NCBI GenBank assembly: GCA_947383685.1
Contig: CANDEE010000001.1
Location: forward strand, 2,152 to 66,151
Length of the DNA: 64,000 bases
From: an uncultured Pseudoflavonifractor sp.
GTDB lineage: Bacteria > Bacillota > Clostridia > Oscillospirales > Oscillospiraceae
Direction of reading: 5' to 3'
The notes under the pieces are model-generated. The model did not search any database, had not been told where the DNA came from, and saw only the letters and a program-made list of their open reading frames with translations. The translations under genes and the position numbers were made by a program. Below, one piece after another: positions 30,177 to 39,798 of the stretch; within the stretch, counting starts at the first letter, position 1, and each line of letters opens with the position of its first letter.

Positions 30177-32330
30177 ATGGACAACATCACCCATATTCTG
30201 GCGGCGGAGCTGGGCCAGCCGGAGCAGTATGTCGACAACGTGGTGGCCCTTTTGGACGAGGGCAACACCATTCCCTTTATTGCCCGCTACCGCAAGGAGA
30301 TGCACGGAGCCATGGACGACACGGTGCTCCGTGACCTGTTTGACCGTTTGAATTACCTTCGCAACCTGGACAAGCGCCGGGAGGAGGTCAAGAACGCAAT
30401 TGGAGAGCAGGGCAAGCTGACGGAGGAGCTTGCCGCCGCCATCGACGCTGCCGGGACCTTGGCGGAGGTGGAGGATCTGTATCGGCCTTACAAGCAGAAG
30501 CGCCGCACCCGGGCCACCGTGGCACGGGAAAAGGGGCTGGAACCGCTGGCAGAGGCTCTGTTTGCCCAGGAGGCGGACTGCCGGCTGCCGGAGACCTTGG
30601 CGGAGGATTATATTGATCCTGATTTGGGAGTGGAAACCGCCGCAGACGCCCTCCAGGGGGCCAACGACATCATTGCGGAGATGATCTCCGATGACGCGGA
30701 GGTGCGGAAGCTGCTGCGGGAGTATATGCTCCGCCACAGCGTGCTAGCCTCGGCGGCAACCAAAGAGGAGGACAGCGTGTACCGGCTCTACTACGACTTC
30801 CAACAGCCGGTGGTGCGGCTCCAGGGCCACCAGATATTGGCGGTAAACCGGGGGGAGCGGGAGGAATTTTTAAACGTCAGTATCCTTACCGACAGGGAGC
30901 AGACCCTGCCGCTTCTCTATCAGATAGTGGTGCGGCCGGGGTCGGCGGCCACGGAATTTGTCCGCGCCGCCGCGGAGGATGCCTATGACCGGCTCCTTTA
31001 CCCCTCTCTGGAGCGGGAGATTCGGAATACCCTTACGGAGCGGGCCGACGAGGGGGCCATCAAAATGTTTGGGGACAATTTGAAGCCCCTGCTGATGCAG
31101 CCCCCGGTGAAGGGAAAGGTGGCTATGGGACTGGACCCCGGCTATCGCAACGGCTGTAAGGTGGCGGTGGTGGACCCTACGGGCAAGGTGCTGGATACCG
31201 CCGTGGTCTATCCCACCTTTTCCGAGGCCCGGAAGCAGGAGGCCATCACGGAGCTTGCGGGGCTGATCCGGAAGCACGCCGTGGAGGTTATCGCCATCGG
31301 TAACGGCACCGCCTCCAAAGAAACCGAGATCATGACCGCCGAGCTTTTGAAGGTAGTGGGCTCCGGGGTCAGCTACATGGTGGTCAGCGAGGCGGGGGCC
31401 AGCGTCTATTCCGCCTCCAAGCTGGCGGCAGAGGAGTTCCCCCAGTATGATGTGAACCTCCGCTCGGCGGTGTCCATTGCTCGGCGGCTCCAGGACCCCC
31501 TGGCGGAGCTGGTGAAAATTGATCCCAAAGCCATTGGGGTGGGCCAGTACCAGCACGATATGCCCCAGGCCCGGCTGGATGAGACCCTCTCCGGCGTGGT
31601 GGAGGACTGCGTCAACGCGGTGGGGGCGGACCTGAACACCGCCTCGGCATCCCTGCTGACCCACGTGGCGGGCCTTACCGCCGCCACCGCCCGGAATATT
31701 GTTACCTACCGGGAGGAGAACGGGGCCTTTACCGCCCGGAAGCAGCTTTTGAAGGTGCCCAAGCTGGGGCCAAAGGCCTTTCAGCAATGTGCCGGGTTTC
31801 TCCGGGTGCCCGAGAGCAAAAATCCCCTGGACCGCACCGGGGTCCATCCGGAGAGCTACGCTGCCGCCACCGCCCTTTTGGAGACCTGCGGCTACACGGT
31901 GGAGGACGCGGCGGCGGGGGAAATCGTGCTGCTGGAGGCCAAGGTGAGGCTATACGGCGAGGAGAAGATGGCCCAGAGGATCGGTGTGGGCCTTCCCACC
32001 CTCCGGGACGTGGTGAAGGAGCTGGCAAAGCCCGGCCGGGACCCCCGGGATGAGCTGCCCGCGCCCCTGCTCCGTACCGACGTAATGGATATGAAGGATT
32101 TGAAGCCGGGGATGGAGCTGACAGGCACGGTGCGGAACGTCATCGACTTTGGAGCCTTTGTGGACATCGGCGTTCACCAGGACGGGCTGGTCCACATCAG
32201 CCAGATCAGCGAAAAATACATTAAGCACCCCGGCGAGGTCTTAAGCGTAGGGGATGTGGTAACGGTCTGGGTCCTCAATGTGGACGAGGACAAGGGACGT
32301 ATCGGCCTTACCATGATAAAGCCCAAGTAA
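30177..32330 (+). CDS. tex: Tex family transcriptional accessory protein
   Basis: TIPFIARYRKE, GLDPGYRNGCK, AIGNGTAS, IGVGQYQHD, C-terminal S1 (FGAFVDIGVHQDGLVHIS). Confidence 0.96.
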   Translation: MDNITHILAAELGQPEQYVDNVVALLDEGNTIPFIARYRKEMHGAMDDTVLRDLFDRLNYLRNLDKRREEVKNAIGEQGKLTEELAAAIDAAGTLAEVEDLYRPYKQKRRTRATVAREKGLEPLAEALFAQEADCRLPETLAEDYIDPDLGVETAADALQGANDIIAEMISDDAEVRKLLREYMLRHSVLASAATKEEDSVYRLYYDFQQPVVRLQGHQILAVNRGEREEFLNVSILTDREQTLPLLYQIVVRPGSAATEFVRAAAEDAYDRLLYPSLEREIRNTLTERADEGAIKMFGDNLKPLLMQPPVKGKVAMGLDPGYRNGCKVAVVDPTGKVLDTAVVYPTFSEARKQEAITELAGLIRKHAVEVIAIGNGTASKETEIMTAELLKVVGSGVSYMVVSEAGASVYSASKLAAEEFPQYDVNLRSAVSIARRLQDPLAELVKIDPKAIGVGQYQHDMPQARLDETLSGVVEDCVNAVGADLNTASASLLTHVAGLTAATARNIVTYREENGAFTARKQLLKVPKLGPKAFQQCAGFLRVPESKNPLDRTGVHPESYAAATALLETCGYTVEDAAAGEIVLLEAKVRLYGEEKMAQRIGVGLPTLRDVVKELAKPGRDPRDELPAPLLRTDVMDMKDLKPGMELTGTVRNVIDFGAFVDIGVHQDGLVHISQISEKYIKHPGEVLSVGDVVTVWVLNVDEDKGRIGLTMIKPK

Positions 32331-32422
32331 AAAGGGATACCGAATCGTAACCAAATCGTCACCAGGATGTCATTGCTTTTGAAAAATGGGAAGGCTATCA
32401 TAGAGGAGAAGGAGTGAACTCT

Positions 32423-33664
32423 ATGAAACGCCGTCCCATTTTTTATTTGTTGGCAGGGGCTGCGGCCCTGAGCCTGACCGCTTGTAATCCTGAGGGGGAG
32501 CGGCCTGTGCCCGCCCCTGCGCCTACGGTACAATCCCCCGTGCCAACGCCCTCTCCGGAGCCGGTAGCCACCCCGGCAGCAGAGGGAGAGGTCCCTCCCG
32601 GCGACTACGCTCCCTGGCAGACGGCCTACGCTGCCTTTCTGACGGAGACCGTGGCGGCGGAGGCTCCCCTGATGGACTGGGCAAAGACTGCCACGGAGAC
32701 GGATATTACCACCCAGCCGGAAAAGTGGTCTGCCGCTAACGACGTCAGCGACAGTTACAGCCTCTATGACGTGGACAAGGACGGGGTTCCCGAGCTGTTT
32801 ATCCGCCACGGTCTGGGGGAGGCGGGCTATCACACCGTCTGTTATACCATTCAGGAAGGGGCGGTGGTGGAGCTGGGGGACTTTGGTTCGGGCCACTCCA
32901 GCCTTTATTCCTGGCCGGGGGAAAACGCCCTGATCCAGCAGCAGGGGCACATGGGCCAGGCCGCCATGGGAAAATATACAATCGAGAATAATGAGCTGGT
33001 CTTTGTAGAGTGGTTTCAGGAGGAGAATATCAACGAGACCGGGCAGGAATGGTATACCGACCCGGCCCAACTGGTGGAGGGGGCGGAGTATCTGCCGGAG
33101 TACAGTATCCGGCGGGAGAGAGAGGAAAGCGGCTCTCCGGCCCTCACCTTGCCGATCTACGACTATGGAGCCCTGCCCCGGTTGGCTCCATCGCCTTTGG
33201 AGGAGGCGGAGGTCCGGCAGGTCATGGAAAGGGTGCTGAGGGAAAACGGAGAGGTCAATGGCTGCTCCGGAGACAGCTTTTACGGCGGCGTGGGCCGGGT
33301 GGATTTGGAGGAATACCTGGAGCGGGCCTATCCGTACAGCCCCCTAACCATTATTTCCACCGCCTGGGCCGATGCCAATGGGGACGGGCAGACAGACTGT
33401 GTACTCCGTCTGAAGGGAAGGGAGGGGGAGAATACGCCTTCCTTCTACGCTGTGCTTCAGGTGCAGGACGGCACGGTATACGCTTATTTCTTTGGCTTTT
33501 TGGAGGGAGTGGGGGTGGACCCGGACGGTTCGGTCTATTTCCGGGAGTGGGAGGACTGGCGGCAGGTCTCCTTTGACCGGGAGCAGTGCTATGATTTTCC
33601 CGCCCTTCGGGACCCGGTGGAGGGCTGCAACTTAGCCTGGGATGCTTTTCCTTCAAACCCTTGA
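32423..33664 (+). CDS. Hypothetical lipoprotein with DxDxDG (FG-GAP-like) loops
   Basis: LTAC lipobox; YDVDKDGVPELF and ADANGDGQTDCV motifs. Confidence 0.8.
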   Translation: MKRRPIFYLLAGAAALSLTACNPEGERPVPAPAPTVQSPVPTPSPEPVATPAAEGEVPPGDYAPWQTAYAAFLTETVAAEAPLMDWAKTATETDITTQPEKWSAANDVSDSYSLYDVDKDGVPELFIRHGLGEAGYHTVCYTIQEGAVVELGDFGSGHSSLYSWPGENALIQQQGHMGQAAMGKYTIENNELVFVEWFQEENINETGQEWYTDPAQLVEGAEYLPEYSIRREREESGSPALTLPIYDYGALPRLAPSPLEEAEVRQVMERVLRENGEVNGCSGDSFYGGVGRVDLEEYLERAYPYSPLTIISTAWADANGDGQTDCVLRLKGREGENTPSFYAVLQVQDGTVYAYFFGFLEGVGVDPDGSVYFREWEDWRQVSFDREQCYDFPALRDPVEGCNLAWDAFPSNP

Positions 33665-33782
33665 AAAATCAAGGGGCGCAACTTGAGGTTGCCCTAAAAT
33701 TGTTCCAATTCCCACCCCAGGTTGGTAGCGTTTTTCCCACCGCTGCGGCAGAATGAGGACAGAAAAGGAGGTATCCGTAAAA

Positions 33783-34679
33783 ATGACTGATTTTCCTCAA
33801 AATCTGTCCATTCTTCGCCGGAGGGCGGGATATACCCAGGAATCCCTGGCTGAAGTTCTGGGGGTGTCCCGGCAGGCGGTGGGCAAATGGGAGAGCGGTC
33901 AGGCCCTGCCTGAAGCCGCCACCCTGCTGACCCTGGCCGACCTGTTGGGCTGCACGTTGGATCAGCTCATGCGGGAGAAGCTGGCGGAGGAGGCAGCTCC
34001 GGCTGTGGCAGAGCCCGCTTGGGAGGAGCCTTATTACATATGGGACGCCTACTCCCGGCACATGAGCCAGTTTTCTCTTATGATCGCCCTGGGAGTGGGG
34101 GTGGTGCTGCTGGGTGTTGCTTTGACGGTGGCTGTCTATGGGCTGTTTGGAGATGAGTCGGCGCTCCCTGCCATCCCCCTTCTTTTTTGTGTTGCCGGGG
34201 CGGTGTTCCTCTTTGTGTTTGGGGGATTGGAGGATGAGAACTTCAAAAAAACCTGTCCCATACCGCCCCTGTGTCCCTATCCGGAGGAGCGGGAGAGGTT
34301 TCGGCAGCTTTTCCGTTTCGGTATGGCCGCCGCTGTGTGCGGCATACTGCTGGATGTAGCCCTGCTGGTGGGAGCCGCGGCATTTTGGGGAGAGAATGAA
34401 ACCATGCTGTGCTACGCCTCGGCGGTGTTTTTCCTGTTTCTGGCCCTGTGTGTAGGCGGGATCGTCTATCTGGGCATCCAGTACGATAAGTATGACGAAA
34501 ACTCAGCCGAACGGGTGGGCCGGAAGGGCCCCGATGTGGGTGGGGGCATCATGCTCACCGCCACCGCCATATATTTATTTGTGGGCTTTGTGTGGAACAA
34601 ATGGCATCCCGGTTGGGTGGTGTTCCCGATCGGAGGGATTCTCTGCGGCATTGTGGAAAATCTAAAAAGAAAGGAATAA
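33783..34679 (+). CDS. XRE HTH regulator fused to a multi-pass membrane domain
   Basis: TQESLAEVLGVSRQAVGKWESG HTH; about six hydrophobic segments; WHPGWVVFP. Confidence 0.9.
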   Translation: MTDFPQNLSILRRRAGYTQESLAEVLGVSRQAVGKWESGQALPEAATLLTLADLLGCTLDQLMREKLAEEAAPAVAEPAWEEPYYIWDAYSRHMSQFSLMIALGVGVVLLGVALTVAVYGLFGDESALPAIPLLFCVAGAVFLFVFGGLEDENFKKTCPIPPLCPYPEERERFRQLFRFGMAAAVCGILLDVALLVGAAAFWGENETMLCYASAVFFLFLALCVGGIVYLGIQYDKYDENSAERVGRKGPDVGGGIMLTATAIYLFVGFVWNKWHPGWVVFPIGGILCGIVENLKRKE

Positions 34680-34811
34680 GAAAACCGGCCCCGTAAAATT
34701 ACGGGGTCGGCTTTTTGCTCCCTTTTACCCTTTGTGTTGCTGTATATGGACGCCGGCGATTTTACGAATATCAGACGGAAATATAGCATCGGCTATTGTA
34801 TAATCGGAGCA

Positions 34812-35654
34812 GCAAATCAGAATTTGTGAGGATTATATGGAGAAAAAATTAAATTCAAATCATTTAAAAATAATAGCTATCCTTGCTATGACGGTAGACC
34901 ATGTCACAGATTTATTTTATCCTGCTTTTCCGGCACTGCCTTTACCAATTGCGTTACATATTTTGGGAAGGCTAACGGCGCCAATCATGTGGTTTTTTGT
35001 TGCAGAGGGATATTACTATACACATAATGTAAAAAAATACTTGTTTAGATTAGGAATATTTGCTGTTATCTCGCATTTTGCGTACTGCTTTGCGTTTGGA
35101 AATAGCTTTGTTCCATTCAAAACAGGGATATTTAATCAGACAAGCGTAATGTACCCTCTATTTGTAGCAGTATTGGTATTGTGGCTTCAAGATACTGAAT
35201 CAAAACATAATGGGTTAAAGAATATTATTATTTTTCTTTTAATATGGAGTACCTTTCCCGCAGATTGGAGCTGCATTGCTGTATTGGCAATTATAGATAT
35301 TTATAGAAACCGGGGAAACTTAAAAAAGCAGACATTCAGAATGATGGTTTGGGTTTTGCTGTATGCAATTGTGTCGTTTTTCTTTGTAAACAAGGTATAT
35401 GGTCTAATTCAAATATTTGTTATATTAGTTTATCCATTGTTGAAACAATATAATGGCCAGCGTGGAAAAGCCACATGGTTAAAATGGTTTTTCTACATTT
35501 ACTATCCTGTACATCTTATCATAATCGGTATGATAAGAGTGATAGTGTATGGGAATATTAGCATATTGTTTTAAATAAATCGGGATTTATGGGAGGTATT
35601 TCTTTTCATTTGGCTCGCCCGAAAGATAAGCAGGGAAGGTAAATTCCAGTTTAT
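34812..35654. repeat. Three 16-bp imperfect palindromes (nnAAAT-N4-RTTTRT) flanking the AT-rich traX cassette
   Basis: GCAAATCAGAATTTGT (34812-34827), ATAAATCGGGATTTAT (35575-35590), GTAAATTCCAGTTTAT (35639-35654). Confidence 0.65.
34837..35574 (+). CDS. traX: TraX family membrane protein (putative acyltransferase)
   Basis: LKIIAILAMTVDH, GRLTAPIMWFFVAEGY, YNGQRG, FFYIYYPVHL; markedly AT-rich. Confidence 0.88.
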   Translation: MEKKLNSNHLKIIAILAMTVDHVTDLFYPAFPALPLPIALHILGRLTAPIMWFFVAEGYYYTHNVKKYLFRLGIFAVISHFAYCFAFGNSFVPFKTGIFNQTSVMYPLFVAVLVLWLQDTESKHNGLKNIIIFLLIWSTFPADWSCIAVLAIIDIYRNRGNLKKQTFRMMVWVLLYAIVSFFFVNKVYGLIQIFVILVYPLLKQYNGQRGKATWLKWFFYIYYPVHLIIIGMIRVIVYGNISILF

Positions 35655-35751
35655 CGGGCAGAGAACCATTAAGGGTAACTGACGCTTGACTGTTTTGACG
35701 AAACATTTCAAAAATAAGCATTCAGCAACACGAAAGGGAAAAGGGAGTTTT

Positions 35752-36402
35752 TTATGATTGCTGTTTGTCCCGGAACCATTTCCAGCTCATATAGTAGGTA
35801 AGGATAATACCCCCCACAAGGATGGTGAAGAAAACCGCGAAAAAGACCTCCGCCGGGGCCAGCAGGGACAGGATCGCAGCGGAAAAGCCAGACAGAAAGA
35901 AAATCCAGCCCCCCAGCCGCTGGGTCTTGTTCCACACATCGGGGTCGCTGAGGGCCCAGGGGGTGCGGACGCCCATGAACCAGTTGCTCTTGATTTTACC
36001 CATCAGGTTGCCGAGGATGACAAACAAAATTCCAATCATCAGCCCGATGGCCCGCCCCACATTGATCCGTCCAGGCCAAAGACTCTCGGAGAGGGTGATG
36101 GCAATGCATACCAGCAGGATGAGGGGAACCAGAGGGCCAAAAAAGTCATAATAGGGTTGGAATTTCTCGTAATTTTCTTTTTTAGGGTCCAGCCGGGGCA
36201 GGAATTGCATCCCCAGGGACAGGGGAAGGTTAATGGCGCACAACAGCCACAGCGTAGCAGGGGAGCCGTACCCATCCACCCGTCCGCTCATTCCCCAGTG
36301 GGTGGGGACTTTTTCGGGCAGATAGGGCCAGGCAACCGCCACCAGCACAAAGGGGAGTAGGGAAAAGACCCACATCAGAGTGATAGCCTTTTTGTTTTTC
36401 AT
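35752..36402 (-). CDS. sdpI: SdpI family immunity protein (DUF1648 + SdpI)
   Basis: LPEKVPTHWG..G.VDGYG; NWFMGVRTPWALSDPDVWNKTQR. Confidence 0.88.
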   Translation of the reverse strand: MKNKKAITLMWVFSLLPFVLVAVAWPYLPEKVPTHWGMSGRVDGYGSPATLWLLCAINLPLSLGMQFLPRLDPKKENYEKFQPYYDFFGPLVPLILLVCIAITLSESLWPGRINVGRAIGLMIGILFVILGNLMGKIKSNWFMGVRTPWALSDPDVWNKTQRLGGWIFFLSGFSAAILSLLAPAEVFFAVFFTILVGGIILTYYMSWKWFRDKQQS

Positions 36403-36403
36403 A

Positions 36404-36670
36404 TCAGGCGTCTCCTTTCAACCCGGCGATCCAGCCGGTGATTTCGTCCAGCACGGACAGGTTCAGTTCATAATAAATATATTTCCCCCGCCGCTGGTCA
36501 CTGATAAGTCCTGCTTCCTTCAAAATGGAAAGGTGGTGGGATACAGTGGCCCCCGTCATGTCAAAGGGAGCGCCGATCTCCCCGGCAGTCCTGGCCCCGT
36601 TCTTGAGAAGGTCTAAAATAGCCCGCCGGGTGGGGTCGGAGAGGGCTTTAAAGGTTTTTTGAAAGGCCAT
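36404..36670 (-). CDS. sdpR: ArsR family autorepressor SdpR
   Basis: FKALSDPTRRAIL, TAGEI, SHHLSILKEAGLI, GKYIYYELN; directly upstream of sdpI. Confidence 0.9.
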   Translation of the reverse strand: MAFQKTFKALSDPTRRAILDLLKNGARTAGEIGAPFDMTGATVSHHLSILKEAGLISDQRRGKYIYYELNLSVLDEITGWIAGLKGDA

Positions 36671-36683
36671 GGAAAACCTCCTT

Positions 36684-36755
36684 ATTTAGAAATTCATCTA
36701 AATGATAGCAGAAAAGGGGAGGTATGTCAAGAGATAATTAGATGATTGTCTAAAT
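36684..36755 (-). promoter_or_regulatory. sdpRI promoter with two ArsR-type operators
   Basis: TTGACA-17-TATCAT on the minus strand (36730-36702), flanked by ATTTAGA-N6-TCTAAAT (36684-36703) and AATTAGA-N6-TCTAAAT (36736-36755). Confidence 0.75.
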
Positions 36756-36841
36756 AAAAATAATCCATTTTGATTGTCCCCACAAAAGGACAGTCCCCGG
36801 AAATTTTCCGGGGACTTTTTTCTTAGTTGTATTGCGCCGGG

Positions 36842-36886
36842 GCGCTGTTTGTGTTACTATAATCCTGCGAATAGAACATAAGTTCT
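36842..36886 (+). promoter_or_regulatory. Sigma-A-like -10 box followed by a Firmicutes LexA (SOS) box; no downstream CDS
   Basis: TATAAT at 36858-36863; aGAAC-ATAA-GTTCt at 36873-36886. Confidence 0.65.
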
Positions 36887-36911
36887 ACTTACGGCTGGCA
36901 GGACAGGTGCA

Positions 36912-36951
36912 AAAGAAATCGCCGCAAGCGAAATCCCGCTCACGGCGATTT
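36912..36951 (-). terminator. Terminator at the left edge of the element
   Basis: AAATCGCCG...CGGCGATTT stem, followed on the minus strand by TTTCTTTT. Confidence 0.7.
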
Positions 36952-37072
36952 GTAATTGGCGAACGATATAGATGAGTTGTCCTGGACGCCTTGCACTGCA
37001 AGGGTTTCAAAAAGCGTTGCCAAAAACGGTACGATAAAACGGACTGCAAACAGCCTTCAGGTCGGCCCTCTG

Positions 37073-37411
37073 CTATCGCTTGGGTTTAGCCGTCTTCTTA
37101 GACCTCTTTCTTTCTGCCATAAGATGCCCCTTGCCTAAGGCGTGGGCAACCTCTTTGTCATCAAGTCGAAAGTACTTGGTCAGGAGTTCTCCGATCCGGC
37201 TGTCAGGAACTTTTGCTTCAATCATCGCCGCGGCAGCACATATGGTACAGTACTCACGCTCTTCGTTGGCAGTCTTCAATGCCAGAGCATCTTGATCCTC
37301 TAAAACAGAATCACGCAACGACTCACACAACGCTTCCATGACCGAACCTGCATTCCTTTTCATCCTGTCAAATGCAGAACAATCGTCCACAGTCACCGCC
37401 CCCTCTGTCAC
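37073..37411 (-). CDS. Hypothetical protein
   Basis: 112-aa ORF co-oriented with neighbours and ending before the terminator; start uncertain. Confidence 0.55.
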   Translation of the reverse strand: MTEGAVTVDDCSAFDRMKRNAGSVMEALCESLRDSVLEDQDALALKTANEEREYCTICAAAAMIEAKVPDSRIGELLTKYFRLDDKEVAHALGKGHLMAERKRSKKTAKPKR

Positions 37412-37455
37412 CTTGCAAACAGTTCATTTTTAGGGTCTTAGGAGAAACTTCCGTT

Positions 37456-37863
37456 TTACATGCTAAGCATACTAAAAATCATTCCAATTTCCGACTGTAG
37501 CGGGCTTCCTCCTCGGAGGACATCTTTTATATCCCCCCACGCTTGGGAGTCCTTCTCTCTTGCGAAGGTTACAGCATCGAGATCCTCAATTTGTCCGGCA
37601 AATTTCTTTATTTCACCTGCGTCATCAGAAATCCGGTCGAGCGTACAAATGAGAAGCTTATCAGCTCTTCCATCCTTGACCATTTGGATGGCTTCGTTGA
37701 GGCCGTCACGATCAATGCCATGACCCAGGCAAATTTCAGAGCTTGTTCCTACAACCTTCATTTGCTTGGTCTCTGCAAATCGCTTGAGGTTCTCTATCTG
37801 CGATACAAGAGATTCTTCACTCAAACTGTCTCGCCCATATATCCACGCTCTTTGCATTTCCAT
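37456..37863 (-). CDS. Stand-alone serine resolvase catalytic domain
   Basis: AWIYGRDS, QIENLKRFA, G..IDRDGL, LLICTLDRIS; no DNA-binding domain. Confidence 0.8.
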   Translation of the reverse strand: MEMQRAWIYGRDSLSEESLVSQIENLKRFAETKQMKVVGTSSEICLGHGIDRDGLNEAIQMVKDGRADKLLICTLDRISDDAGEIKKFAGQIEDLDAVTFAREKDSQAWGDIKDVLRGGSPLQSEIGMIFSMLSM

Positions 37864-37980
37864 TCCCCTTTCTATGCGTTAATAGTATCCTAAATTTGAT
37901 TGTCTGTCAATCGAGGCGATTCTTAGCTTATCAAAGGCAGGGACTCCTCACAGTTGAGGAGCCCCTTGTGATTGCCTTTT

Positions 37981-38451
37981 TCAGCTCACCGCAATCTCCG
38001 GAAGGTCCTTTTCGGCAGGACTTTTCTCAATCCAGTCCAACAAGTTCTGGCACTCAGCCAGTTCCTGGGCCAGATTGAGGAGTACTGTGCGCTGCTCCCG
38101 GTCATCCACAGTGACAGCAGTCTCAAAGAGACCCCAGACGTTGTCTAAGGTTTCCATCCCGGTTGCATTCATGGGGAGTTCGTTCTCCGGCATGATGTGT
38201 TCCACATCTTCCCCGACACCGAGCTTGCGAACCACTTCCCGTTCCTGGTCAAGCATGGACAGGTTCGCTGTGGTCACCCCCTCGGGAAGCCCCCACGCCT
38301 CACCTATGAGCTTTATCACTTTCTCAAAGTGCGAGACGTGGATGTCATCTGCTTCGGCTGCGGTGCAGACATAGTCCCCGTGGATGACCATCAAGGCAAG
38401 GGCCTCTTTGGTGATGGCTGTCTGCAACTCCTGTGCTCTTTCGGTTGTCAT
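37981..38451 (-). CDS. Hypothetical protein
   Basis: AGGAGG RBS, 156 aa, hairpin terminator at ~37933-37981. Confidence 0.75.
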   Translation of the reverse strand: MTTERAQELQTAITKEALALMVIHGDYVCTAAEADDIHVSHFEKVIKLIGEAWGLPEGVTTANLSMLDQEREVVRKLGVGEDVEHIMPENELPMNATGMETLDNVWGLFETAVTVDDREQRTVLLNLAQELAECQNLLDWIEKSPAEKDLPEIAVS

Positions 38452-38571
38452 TGTGCTTTTTCCTCCTGTTTTGGATTTGCCGTCCTTGTCGGCTTCCAAC
38501 ACAATGGCACAACTCTTTCCCGAAAGCTATTCACCAAAGTCAACAAAAAGCCGCAGGGAAATTTGCGAGAG

Positions 38572-38626
38572 ATATTTCGCACATTTTTCTTGACACCCAC
38601 TCTTTCTTGTGGTATATTTCGCACAT
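38572..38626 (+). promoter_or_regulatory. Promoter with two direct-repeat operators
   Basis: ATATTTCGCACAT at 38572 and 38614, flanking TTGACA...TATATT. Confidence 0.65.
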
Positions 38627-38663
38627 AGGAGCGAAATGCACCACAGTCGAAAGGAGAACATCT

Positions 38664-39044
38664 ATGAAAAAGCTATCTGTAACCATGGGGATAACGATTA
38701 TGTATGCGGGAGTTGGGCTGTTATGGACTCTGCTTGGCATACTTCGTATCACCAACCTGGCGGCACGTGAGGGAGTTCTGGAGTATATTTTGCTCGGGCT
38801 GTCCATCATCGCCACGACAATCTCGTTGTTACCAAAGCGTGACTCGTTTGATGAAATGGCGGGAGATCATCTGCGCATGGCCCTCTCGATTGGGTTTATT
38901 GCAATCATGGCTACCACGGCGGTACTGCTTGTTGTGAATTCTCTAGTGGTTAAACTCGACTTCAGCCAGAGTTACTGCCTAATTGTCGGGGTTGGCGAGT
39001 TAACGGCAGGATCTGTCTTCTTCAAGATGGAAAGGGGGAGCTAA
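38664..39044 (+). CDS. Small four-TM membrane protein
   Basis: AAAGGAG RBS, four hydrophobic segments, DEMA motif, coupled to an XRE gene. Confidence 0.75.
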   Translation: MKKLSVTMGITIMYAGVGLLWTLLGILRITNLAAREGVLEYILLGLSIIATTISLLPKRDSFDEMAGDHLRMALSIGFIAIMATTAVLLVVNSLVVKLDFSQSYCLIVGVGELTAGSVFFKMERGS

Positions 39045-39045
39045 G

Positions 39046-39510
39046 ATGTCTCCACTACACACCAGGCTCCACGAGCTGCGTAAAGAGAAGGGGTTGCAGC
39101 AAGCCGACCTTGCTGCCCTGGTCGATGTGCGGCGTGAGACCATCGGCAATCTGGAGAACGGGAAATACAATCCCTCGCTCAAACTCGCGCTGGACATATC
39201 TCATGCGCTTAACACCCCGGTGGATCAGATTTTCTACTTCGATGAACATGACCATATCAGCTTAAAACGCATAGTGGTCTGCCCCTACTGCAAGGCGAAA
39301 ACTGTTGTGGACATGACCGATGAGTGCGAGACTAGCACCTATGAGCGGCAAATGGGTGAGGAGATCATGTATGAGTTCTCATTCTCCCACGAATGCACTT
39401 CCTGCGGAAGGGAAATGATTGTCTCCGGACATATTTGTGAATATCCTGTCGGAGCTTTCAACGATGAGCATATCGAAGTGAAATGTGCGGAGGGTTCCGA
39501 AGATGAGTAA
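39046..39510 (+). CDS. XRE HTH regulator with C-terminal CxxC...CxxC zinc-finger domain
   Basis: LQQADLAALVDVRRETIGNLENGKYNPSLKLA; CPYC and CTSC. Confidence 0.85.
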   Translation: MSPLHTRLHELRKEKGLQQADLAALVDVRRETIGNLENGKYNPSLKLALDISHALNTPVDQIFYFDEHDHISLKRIVVCPYCKAKTVVDMTDECETSTYERQMGEEIMYEFSFSHECTSCGREMIVSGHICEYPVGAFNDEHIEVKCAEGSEDE

Positions 39511-39697
39511 AGCCCCAGCAAAGATACCTAGTAGCGTTCTTACCTCTCTCGCTAACTGCACAGATACTCAGACTGCGATGATTTGCGGAACGGTTGTTAT
39601 TTCAATGGGACTCTTCTATCTTTATTGTCTGGTATCAGACAGCTCCCCCTGTATCGAAGGTCGGGATATCTGTATCAAATTTCAGAAAAACAGATGA
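39503..39697 (+). CDS. Small single-TM hypothetical protein
   Basis: Overlaps the preceding stop, GGAGG RBS, followed by a terminator at ~39723-39765. Confidence 0.5.
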   Translation: MSKAPAKIPSSVLTSLANCTDTQTAMICGTVVISMGLFYLYCLVSDSSPCIEGRDICIKFQKNR

Positions 39698-39798
39698 AAT
39701 GACGGCTGTTGGAGGAATGGCAAAGGGCTGTAGGAACTGATTTTCAGTCCCTACAGCTCTTTTTTGACAAAAAGGCAGGATGCTTAGATACTCGTTTC

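Noticed and set aside
34837..35574. traX as evidence of a conjugation system
   Set aside because: Isolated gene; no relaxase, coupling protein or T4SS gene anywhere in the window
36950..36990. Possible tRNA 3'-end att remnant (minus strand ...GTTCGCCA)
   Set aside because: No T-arm or acceptor stem can be built
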